DNA from: an uncultured Chloroflexia bacterium
Lineage (GTDB): Bacteria; Chloroflexota; Limnocylindria; Limnocylindrales; CSP1-4
Length of the DNA: 64,000 nt
Direction of reading: 5' to 3'
NCBI GenBank assembly: GCA_963831715.1
Contig: CAWHRB010000003.1
Span: 644,117-708,116, forward strand
The translations under genes were made by a program, and so were the position numbers. Shown here piece by piece: positions 40,824-49,392 of this stretch. The notes under the pieces are model-generated. The model did no database searches. It was given only the letters and a program-made list of their open reading frames with translations, and was not told the DNA's origin. Each line of letters starts with the position of its first letter. Within the stretch, counting starts at the first letter, position 1.

Positions 40824-41108
40824 GAGGATGCCACGACCGATCGCATGGGGCGCGTTCGGTACTCATCGATGCGAGGGGTTCGACTTTGGCCCAAGGTATC
40901 CGAGAAGCTGTCCTCCGCGATGGTTCGAGATGGTGCTCGAAGTACACTCCGGACCAGCGTCGACCCTCGAGACGTCCACCAAGAAGGGGAGTGTGTCGAG
41001 GGAGTCCACCCTCGGACCGAGCGCCCGGCCCGACCCGATCTGTGAGCCTGACAGGCTCCACAAGCGCTGCTCCACGACTTGGGCCCGATCCACACAAGAG
41101 GTGAGCGA

Positions 41109-41712
41109 ATGACCGGCCCGATCCCAATACGTCATGTTGAGCCTGATCAGGACACCGAGGCGCTCCAGAAGGTCGCGCGCGAGGTCGCGAAGATCCTAAC
41201 ACCGACCGAAGAGATCCTTTACATCGCAATGCAGAATGCGACCGCGCTTTCAATCAAGAAGGACTCGGTTGTTGTCACCACACAACCGAATCATCGGATT
41301 CAGTCCCGGAGTACTCGGGCGCGTCAGCTTCAACGACCATCAGTGGCAGGACGTGCTCGATGTGTCTATGCGACAAGGCATGCTCAGCACGGAAATCGTC
41401 ATCTCGACGGCGGCGGGCAAGCACGATGTTGGCGCGATCGACAAGGAGCAGGCCAAGCGGCTCTACGGAATCGCCCAGCAGATGGAGCAGGAGTGGCGCG
41501 AGAAGCGGCGCGTTCGCGAGATGGAAGAGGCGCGGGCGAAGGCGGGCGGCGTGTACATGGGTGGGATGCCGGGACACGCAACGGCCGCGTCTCCCGCGCC
41601 GGCCGACGATTCAATGAGCAAACTGGCAAAGGCAAAGGCCATGCTCGACCAGAACCTCATCTCGGAGGCGGAGTACGAGGCTTTGAAGGCTAAGGTTCTG
41701 GCGGACTTCTAG
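41109..41712 (+). pseudogene. Bacterial PH (bPH_2, YdbS/T-like) domain protein with a C-terminal SHOCT domain, 1 frameshift; lower GC than its surroundings
   Basis: ATG 41109 has GAGGTGAG upstream. MTGPIPIRHVEPDQDTEALQKVAREVAKILTPTEEILYIAMQNATALSIKKDSVVVTT shifts at about 41285 to RIIGFSPGVLGRVSFNDHQWQDVLDVSMRQGMLSTEIVI... and ends in the SHOCT motif LAKAKAMLDQNLISEAEYEALKAKVLADF. Confidence 0.6.
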
Positions 41713-41722
41713 CCAGCCGACT

Positions 41723-43551
41723 ATGCACCTCTACCAGGGCACGACCCAGCAGTTCATCGCCGACGCGACGCAGGCGCGGCTCGCGAACCTGCTCGTCCGA
41801 CCGCTTCTTCGACGAGTTCCGGTACCGGCCGTCGCCGTCCGAGGTCACGTCCTGGCGCAACTCGCTGCGGCGCCATGGCGCACGTCCTCCAGGTCGCCGA
41901 CCTGACGCGACCAGGGGATCCTCGTCGAGCTCAAGATGCCGCTGACCTCGAAGCGGCTCGACGTCCTGATCACCGGCTCGAACCCGAGCACCGGCGCGAC
42001 TCGGCCGTGATCGTCGAGCTCAAGCAGTGGACCGAGGTCGGCCGCTCGAACATCACCGACTGCGTGACCGTCGACTACGGCGGCAGGCCGCGCGACACCC
42101 TCCACCCGTCGCGCCAGGTCGCGCAGTACCAGCGCTACCTGCTCGACACGCACCCGGCGTTCTCCGACGACCGGGCGATCGCGCTCGACGCCTGCGCGTA
42201 CCTGCACTACGCCCAGCACGACCCGACGTCGCCGCTCTACCACGCCGACTTCGCGACGCTCCTCGGCGACGAACCCGTCGTTCGCCGGCGACCAGTCGAC
42301 GCGCTCGCGACCTTCCTCGACCAGCGCGTCGCCGGCCCGGACGAGGGCGAGATCCTCGAGCGCGTCGCCGCGACCGCGTTCAAGCCGCACAAGCGCCTGC
42401 TCGACCACGTCGCCCGCGTCATCCGCAACGAGCCGACCTTCGTGCTCCTCGACGAGCAGCTCGTCGCCTACAACGCGATCCTCGACGCCGTCGGCGACGC
42501 CGGCCAGAACCAGCAGAACGTCGTCTTCCTCATCGAAGGCGGCCCGGGCACCGGCAAGTCGGTCATCGCCCTCAACCTCGTCGCGGAGCTCGCCGAGCGC
42601 GGCCTCAGCACGCTCCACCTGACCGGCTCGAAGGCGTTCACCGAGAACCTGCGCAAGATCGTCGGCGGCCGAGCCGGCGCGCTGTTCAAGTACTTCCGCG
42701 ACACCGCGACCGTCACCGACAAGCTCGACGTCGCCATCCTCGACGAGGCCCACCGCATCCGGACGATCAGCACGAGCCGCTTCACGCCCGCGAAGGCGCG
42801 CACGGGCAAGTCCCAGATCGACGACATCCTCGACTCGAGCCGCGTCACCGTCTTCTTCATCGATGACCTGCAGGTCGTGCGCCCGGGCGAGGTCGGCAGC
42901 ACCGACCTGATCCGCGAGGCGGCCGCGAAGCGCTCGATCGAGGTCCGCGACTTCAAGCTCGAGGCGCAGTTCCGCTCGAACGGCTCCGACTCGTTCATCC
43001 AGTGGGTCGACAACACGCTCGAGCTCGACCGGACGCCGCAGGTCCTGTGGTCGATGGACGACGAGTTCGACTTCCAGATCGTCGGCTCGATCGGCCAGCT
43101 CGAGCAGAAGATCCGCGCCAAGGCAGCGGAGCGGGACGACCGCTCGACTCGTCGCCGGCTTCTGCTGGCCCTGGTCCGACCCCGACGACGACGGCCAGCT
43201 CGTGCCGGACGTCAGGGTAGGGGAGTGGTCGATGCCCTGGAACGCCAGGGACGGCGTCGGCCGGCTCGGCGCCCGGCATCCCGAAGTCGGACTTCTGGGC
43301 GAGCGCCGAAGGAGGGCATCGACCAGGTCGGCTGCGTCTACACCGCGCAGGGCTTCGAGTTCGACTACGTCGGCGTGATCGTCGGCCCCGACCTCGTCTA
43401 CCGGCCGATGGACGGGGGATGGGTCGGCCAGCGCGACCAGTCGCACGACCGCGTCGTCCGCCGCGGCGTCACCGAGGCCGAGTTCACCCGCTACGTCAAG
43501 AGCACCTACCGCGTCCTGCTGACCCGCGGCCTCCGCGGCTGCTACGTCTAA
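41723..43551 (+). pseudogene. DUF2075-family nuclease-helicase-like P-loop NTPase (PD-(D/E)xK-like N-terminal module plus SF1-like ATPase), at least 7 frameshifts
   Basis: The DUF2075 N-terminus MHLYQGTTQQFIADATQARLANLL.. continues in other frames as FFDEFRYRPSPSEVTSWRNSLRR / MAHVLQVADL / GILVELKMPLTSKRLDVLITGSNPSTG / DSAVIVELKQW (ELK of a D..ExK pattern). Then Walker A VVFLIEGGPGTGKSVIALNL, Walker B VAILDEAHRI and, after further shifts at about 43150, 43290 and 43310, ARLVAGFCWPWSDPDDDGQLVPDVRVGEWSMPWN...IDQVGCVYTAQGFEFDYVGVIVGPDL...LLTRGLRGCYV. Confidence 0.65.
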
Positions 43552-43646
43552 GTTGGCGGAATCGATCACAAGGGCCTGAGACGGTGGCCGAACAAGCCTT
43601 TTCGGCCGCGGTAAATGGGCGACCGACAGGCGCCGGGACGTGACCA

Positions 43647-44739
43647 ATGACGCTTCCGAAGACGGCGTCGATCGAGGTCGACCGGTTCGTTGGTGCCGAC
43701 TTCGGAAGCGAAGCATCGCATCGTCGAGGATCGCGTGAGGAGTTCGACGATCGCGGACCATGGACGACTGAAGGAAAACGAAGTCGGGCGGTCAAGATCG
43801 ACGCGGACGAGGACGTTACGCAGCTCCGAAGGAGCGTGGTAACAGGCTGGCGCGGCAGGTGCCGATGGCGGCGGACGAAGGTTGCGCACGGTCGCACTGG
43901 CCGTCGAGATGCAGTCGGCGTGAGGCGCCGATAGCGGTGATCGCGGCCGACCTTCCGATCGACGGCTCGGTCGCATCCTCGATCGGTCGAGTCCATCGCC
44001 TTCGTGTCGCGACTTCGCGGACATGTAGGCGACGCGGCGACCATCACGAACGACCGGCAGCGCGTGACGTAAGCGGGTGCTCTCCAGCGTGGCATCCAGC
44101 GATGGACGCGGTTGTCCGCCCACCTTGGGCGTGAGCTCAACGACCCTCAAGCCGCAGCCGACTATCTGGAAAAGTTCTTCAATCTCGACCTTCAACTTGC
44201 CCAACCTGAGCCGATCGACCTGTTCGACTGGGCCTACGAAGAGGCGATCAAATTGTTCCCGGACGCCGACGAAGCGGATCGCGAAGCGTGGCGGAGATCG
44301 GGGTTTCTGCAGCCGTGCGGTCGCCTCGCACAGTCACACGAATCCTCAACGGGGCATTTACCCGATACGAGTCTCTCAAGCCGACCACAGCCATAGGCCT
44401 GCGGCAGCTTATCTTCGTCGAAGGGCTTCTGACCATTGCTCCTGAGCTGGCCGACCGCCTCGCCGCCGAGCCGCGCGATTTCGTGCATGCACGCAGACCT
44501 TCGCGGAGCAGAACGAGGCAATCTGGCAGGGAGCAGCATTAGACGCCTACATCGAACGGCGCCAGGAAGCAGGATTACTCGCGTCGGCTGATTCGGATGC
44601 CGATCGACGAAAGGCACGGCTTCGACCGCGGACGCTCGTCTCCTGGCGGCAACGCGATGTCACCCGACCCGGGACAGCTCCGTCGCCTGACCCTTCGGAG
44701 GACCGCTTCGGAAGGACATCACCGCGGCTGATTCGCTAA
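43647..44739 (+). pseudogene. Degraded ORF of unknown function (about 360 aa over at least 4 frames), lower-GC DNA
   Basis: Consecutive coding-like segments read MTLPKTASIEVDRFVGADFGSEASHRRGSREEFDDRGPW.. / ..MAADEGCARSHWPSRCSRREAPIAVIAADLPIDGS.. / ELNDPQAAADYLEKFFNLDLQLAQPEPIDLFDWAYEEAIKLFPDADEADREAWRRSGF / AAVRSPRTVTRILNGAFTRYESLKPTTAIGLRQLIFVEGLLTIAPELADRLAAEPRDFVHA / QTFAEQNEAIWQGAALDAYIERRQEAGLL...* to TAA at 44737. No family was recognised. Confidence 0.35.
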
Positions 44740-46122
44740 AGGATGCCCTCGAGATTGTGACGCCGCAGCGTTCCGGCCGCCGGCGTCCTGGTCAGAGAAG
44801 CTCGCGATCGCACGCTCCGTGCAGTACGTGATCCGGCACCGTTTCGACGAGTCGCGTCCGGGCCCTCGACGCGGTCGCAGCTGAAGCACAATCGAGCCGA
44901 CCAGGCGGACCGACTGCATAGGGCCGCATGGCAGCGCTGCCGAGCCGACGGCGGGTAATGCGTCGATCTCGCACCAGGTCGAGTTTGCTTCGCCAGAAGC
45001 GCGACGCCATCGGAGCGAAAAGGTTCGCGATGCGCTGGTCGCAGCCTCAAGACGCCGGTCAGCCATCATGAGATCAGGGCTGCCGAGATGACGCCGTGAC
45101 AAGCCGGCCCAGCTCGGCCGCGCATTTGGGCGGAGTACTGCTCGGTCGTCGACTCCGGAACGACCGGACGTCGAGCACAGTCGGCGACGGCGTCGCCGTC
45201 GAACCAGGCATGGACGCCACTAGCGTCGGCCACGAAGTGGCTCGTGGCCGAGCTCGGTCGTGGCCTCCCACCAGGTCGGAGGTCCGCGGCGACGACTGCG
45301 TGAGGCGCTGGATCGAGCGCGTCTCCAGACAGTCGTGGGCAAGTGGCATCGCGCCGAGCGCGGATGCTCAACACGACGGTGGAGTCGAGACCTTGAGCGA
45401 TGGCTCAGAACGGGCAGCCAGGGACATCTGCCGGCTCGAGTGTCGGGACGAGCCGGATCCGTCACTGGTTGTTGCGAAGGGTGATGGCCTCCTCCACCCG
45501 AGCCGCAATGTTCTCCGTGAAGTGGTTGTACACGTTGGTGCTGGTCGTGAAGGGCGGGTCGTACGCTTTCACAACGGACGGAGCTCACCGTTCCATTCTG
45601 AGCGTCAGCGAATGGAACGCGGTTTGCGCCCTTGTTGGTACTGGTTCTCCGACGAGTCTTTCAGGTGTGGACGTAAGACAACGGCCTGGTCTTTCCAGGC
45701 GATCTCGGAACCTCGGTAGGTCGGAATCCACTTGCGAGCCCGGCGAGTGGCTTGGTCTGGACCACCTGACATCGCAGGCGACTGCGGGAGCGACTGGTGG
45801 TCCGGCTCATCGAGCGTGGCCTGACCATCGATCCCACCTCGACGCCGTTCGCCGAGCTCGGCGCGTTCGACTCCACTCAGATGTCCGAGCCCTGGTCTCG
45901 ACGTGCTGCCGTCAGTCGACGAGGCACCGAGTTGGCCGTACCTGCGAGGCACGCCAGCCTCTGGCAACGGCAATGGAAACTGAGCAGGACCTCGCGCGCC
46001 ATGCGGTCTCGACCGTTCGGGCGTATGCTTGCCCGCCACGACTATGCGGATGACGACGTTCGCGAGGCTAGCGCTCGGAGGCAGACATAACTCACCTTAT
46101 CGGAAGTGATAGCGCGACGCAG

Positions 46123-46479
46123 CTATCGGACCGAACGCTCCACCAGCGTGATTGCGATCAACAGCGCCCCGATGAGGACGATCCAAACGCCGACGACAAC
46201 GACAAAGACCTGCGGGAACGCCTGGAAGAACAACACCGCGACGGCGGTCGCACCGAACGTCGCGACCAGCAGGCCTCGACGCGCGAGCTCACGCCGGAGG
46301 CTCGCGGCGGGATGCGTCGTTCGCCAGACCATGTAACCGGCGTAGATCGTCAGCGGCCAAGAGACAGCCGCGAGCGGCAACGCGGGTGCTGCGGTGAGGG
46401 TCATAAGGCCGAGCGCCAAGAGCGCGACGAAGCCCGATCCGAGGAAGACCATGCCCCAGATCCGACGCTTTCGGTCCAT
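46123..46479 (-). CDS. Small membrane protein (118 aa, 3-4 TM helices)
   Basis: MDRKRRIWGMVFLGSGFVALLALGLMTLTAAPALPLAAVSWPLTIYAGYMVW... is hydrophobic and intact. Confidence 0.45.
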   Translation of the reverse strand: MDRKRRIWGMVFLGSGFVALLALGLMTLTAAPALPLAAVSWPLTIYAGYMVWRTTHPAASLRRELARRGLLVATFGATAVAVLFFQAFPQVFVVVVGVWIVLIGALLIAITLVERSVR

Positions 46480-46522
46480 GGGCAGACGTTACTCCTCGGC
46501 CCTTGGACAGCGGGGCTGGCCG

Positions 46523-46942
46523 TCAGGCGTCGGCCGGTAGGATCCGAAACGGCTGGCCGCCTGGTCCCGACACGGCCCTGAAATGGCGCTCGTCTAGCGT
46601 GAGCACGTCGGATGCGCGATATCGGTCGGCCAGGACGACCAGCGACGCATCGGCCAGTCCAAGCTGTAGGTCCTTGTAGCGGTCGATGACCTCGTTCGCC
46701 GCGGTGATGGCCTCGGCGTCCATGGGCTCGAGGCGGTAGACGCCGGTCGCAACCTGGTCGAGCAATGCCCGGGCGGCGGTGCTCGACACACGAGTCGAGA
46801 TCAGGTAGTCGAGCTCCGCGAGGACGAATGGCGACAGCAGGAGCGGACCGCTAGATCGTCTGAGAACTTCTGCGGCCGCGGCGTTCTGGCGCTGGCTGGC
46901 ATCGATCGCGGCGAGGAGTCCACTCGTGTCGAGGACGATCAC
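46523..46942 (-). CDS. vapC: VapC toxin (PIN-domain ribonuclease)
   Basis: MIVLDTSGLLAAID (the first acidic PIN residue) is followed by SPFVLAELDYLIS and LADASLVVLADRY. Its start overlaps the upstream antitoxin gene stop (ATGA). Confidence 0.8.
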   Translation of the reverse strand: MIVLDTSGLLAAIDASQRQNAAAAEVLRRSSGPLLLSPFVLAELDYLISTRVSSTAARALLDQVATGVYRLEPMDAEAITAANEVIDRYKDLQLGLADASLVVLADRYRASDVLTLDERHFRAVSGPGGQPFRILPADA

Positions 46943-47160
46943 TGTTCCCCGAATCCCGGGAGCGCATCGTCGACGTGTTCGGCAAGATCCGGTTGCTCAC
47001 TCGAGAACAGTGGCAAGACGAGCTCGGCGGACCGGTGTCGTGCCGTTACGAGCTCGACTCCTTCGCGGATCAGATCAGCCTCGCTCCGGCCTGCGGTCAG
47101 CGCGGCACGCTCCAACGCCCGCTTCTGCGCCCCGGTCAGGTAGACCGTCGTCTTCTCCAT
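46939..47160 (-). CDS. vapB: VapB antitoxin (ribbon-helix-helix / CopG-like)
   Basis: MEKTTVYLTGAQKRALERAALTAGRSEADLIREGVELV from the internal ATG 47160. The track ORF extends to 47208. Confidence 0.7.
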   Translation of the reverse strand: MEKTTVYLTGAQKRALERAALTAGRSEADLIREGVELVTARHRSAELVLPLFSSEQPDLAEHVDDALPGFGEQ

Positions 47161-47320
47161 GCCATACACGGTACCATACGTCGTCGGTCGGGCTAGCTCG
47201 CGCCGCAATCAGCCGTACGTGAAGACCGCGGCGTGCCGCGGTCGGGATCGGATGCGAAATCGAAGAGGCGGCGCGCACCGTCTGGTGCGCGCCGCCCGTT
47301 GGACTGGAGGCTGTTCCGGA

Positions 47321-47986
47321 TCAGAACCCGGTCCGCGTCGAAGGCGCCCGGTTCAGCACCCGGCTCGCCGCGACGACCCACACCAGGCCGATGGCCGGCC
47401 AGATGAGCTGGGCATATAGCCCGCCCGGGGACCAGAACCCGTCGGCGAACCACGTCGTGCCACCAAGCACGCCGGCAATCACCGCGGCGACGGCCACGAC
47501 GAATTGCTTGTTCGTGATCAGCCCGGCCCGCCAGAACCCGAACGAACCGGCCATGATCAGCATGGCCCGCGGGAACGAGCTCAGGACGAACGCTGCGGAG
47601 CCGACTGACGAGAGGCCAGAAACGAGCGCCGCGTCGGCCGTGCCGGCGATCGAGGCGATCGTCGTGGTCAGCGCGACCAGGACGAAGAACATGACCGCGA
47701 CAGCGGCGCTGGCCGCGGTGGCCGCCGCGCCCCAGCCGTCGAGGCCCGCGTCAGCGAGCGTCGTCCGGAGGGCTGCCGACCACCAGGTCAGGTTGAGGAT
47801 CGCGAGGCCGAAGATCGGGGCCGCGATGAACGGGCCGACCGGCTGGAACGTGGAGACCACGATGCCGATCAGGGCGAAGGCGACGGCCTGGACGCCGGCG
47901 CCCCGCCAGAGGTGCTCGAAGAACGCGGCACCGTACTTGGGGGTGGCGACCGCCGAAGCGTTCGCCGTTGTGCTCATGGAAGTCAT
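47321..47986 (-). CDS. Polytopic membrane protein, unknown function
   Basis: The 221-aa ORF has about 6 TM helices (AVAFALIGIVVSTF, FIAAPIFGLAILNLTWW, VAVMFFVLVALTTTIASIAG ...). Confidence 0.55.
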   Translation of the reverse strand: MTSMSTTANASAVATPKYGAAFFEHLWRGAGVQAVAFALIGIVVSTFQPVGPFIAAPIFGLAILNLTWWSAALRTTLADAGLDGWGAAATAASAAVAVMFFVLVALTTTIASIAGTADAALVSGLSSVGSAAFVLSSFPRAMLIMAGSFGFWRAGLITNKQFVVAVAAVIAGVLGGTTWFADGFWSPGGLYAQLIWPAIGLVWVVAASRVLNRAPSTRTGF

Positions 47987-48057
47987 TGGAGTTTCCTTTC
48001 GGGAAGTGAGTGGTTGAGAAAAGTGTCAGTTGGAGGTGTCTAGACCTCTAGTCGAGA

Positions 48058-49272
48058 TCAGCGAAGCGATCGAAACGTGGCGCGCACCTCCTCTGACAAG
48101 AGCTCTGGCTGCTCCCAGGCCGCGAAGTGACCTCCCCGGTCGACCTTGTTGAAGTGCACGAGCTTGGGATAGGCCTGCTCCGCCCAGCTCCGAGGAGCCG
48201 GATAAAGCTCGTCCGGGAAGACGGTCACGCCGACCGGGATGTCGACGCCCTTGGCATCGAAGAAGGCCAGATGGCTCTCCCAGTAGAGGCGGGCCGACGA
48301 GACCCCTGAGTTCGTCAGCCAGTAGTGGGTGACGTTGTCGAGGACATCGTCTCGGCTCAATCCGCCGGGCTGCCCCGTGAACGCGCGCTCGATCAGCTCG
48401 TAGCTGCGCACGTCGTGATCGAGCATCCAGGCCGCGAGGCCGACTGGCGAGTCCGCGATGCCATACAGCGTCTGCGGGCGGTTCGCCATCTCGTTGGCGT
48501 AGCCGACGCCGGTCGCGAAGAAGTGCCTGAGGATCTCGAATGCCGTGTCCTCGTCGGGCGAGAGGCCATCCGGCTTGGGACCGCCGGAGGCGAGCGCCTT
48601 CGACACGTCGGGTGGGACGGTCGCGGGCATGTTGGTGTGGATCCCGAGCAGCCCCTCGGGCTTTAACAGCGCCATCTGCTCCGTGACGGCATTCCCCCAG
48701 TCGCCGCCCTGTGCCACGAACCTCGTGTAGCCGAGGCGTCGCATCAGCTCGACCCAGGCCTGCGCGATGCGGGTCGGGTCCCAGCCTGTCTCGGTCGGCT
48801 TTCCGGAGAACCCATGCCCCGGCAACGACGGGATGACGAGATGGAACGCGTCCGCGGCGCTCGCAGCGTGGGCCGTCGGATCCGTCAGCGGTTCGATGAT
48901 CTTGAGCTGCTCGACGGTTGAGCCTGGCCAACCGTGCGTGACGATCAGCGGGAGCGCGTCCTCGTGCTTCGAGCGGACATGGATGAAGTGGATGTCGACG
49001 CCATCGATCGTGGTGACGAAGTGCGGTAGGGCGGCGAAGCGCTGCTCGAACCTGCGCCAGTCGTAGTCCGTCGCCCAGTACCGAGCGAGGGCCTGGATGG
49101 TGTCGAGCCGAACGCCTTGCGAGGGATCCGTTTCGCGGTCGGGCCACCTCGTGGCGTTGATCCGGCGGCGAAGCTCGTCGAGGTCTCGTTGCGGGACGTC
49201 GATCCGGAACGGCCTGATCGACGTGTCCTCGGACGCAGTCGTCATTGCCGAGGGTGAAGTGACGAGAGTCAT
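48058..49272 (-). CDS. Epoxide hydrolase (microsomal-EH-like: N-terminal EH domain plus alpha/beta hydrolase)
   Basis: The EH_N region is IRPFRIDVPQRDLDELRRRINATRWPDRE. HGWPGS is the oxyanion motif. LPGHGFSGKP is at the nucleophile-elbow position (the nucleophile itself was not checked by alignment). The 404 aa are intact. Confidence 0.85.
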   Translation of the reverse strand: MTLVTSPSAMTTASEDTSIRPFRIDVPQRDLDELRRRINATRWPDRETDPSQGVRLDTIQALARYWATDYDWRRFEQRFAALPHFVTTIDGVDIHFIHVRSKHEDALPLIVTHGWPGSTVEQLKIIEPLTDPTAHAASAADAFHLVIPSLPGHGFSGKPTETGWDPTRIAQAWVELMRRLGYTRFVAQGGDWGNAVTEQMALLKPEGLLGIHTNMPATVPPDVSKALASGGPKPDGLSPDEDTAFEILRHFFATGVGYANEMANRPQTLYGIADSPVGLAAWMLDHDVRSYELIERAFTGQPGGLSRDDVLDNVTHYWLTNSGVSSARLYWESHLAFFDAKGVDIPVGVTVFPDELYPAPRSWAEQAYPKLVHFNKVDRGGHFAAWEQPELLSEEVRATFRSLR

Positions 49273-49392
49273 CGTGGTCTCCTGCGTTGCTCGTTGGTGC
49301 GGGTTGTGCGCCGCTGAGCTGGAGACTCGGCTTTTCCTCGATCCATCGCGCCCGTGAAAACCACTGGTCCGCGCGCTGGACGACGCATGGGT

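Noticed and set aside
45400-46100. Minus-strand fragments (...KWIPTYRGSEIAWKDQAVVLRPHLKDSSENQYQQGRKPRSI..., ...YDPPFTTSTNVYNHFTENIAARVEEAITLRNNQ*) considered as a DNA methyltransferase (DPPF) or transposase remnant.
   Set aside because: The fragments are too short and multi-frame to assign. No Walker or FxGxG motifs, DDE triad or inverted repeats were found.
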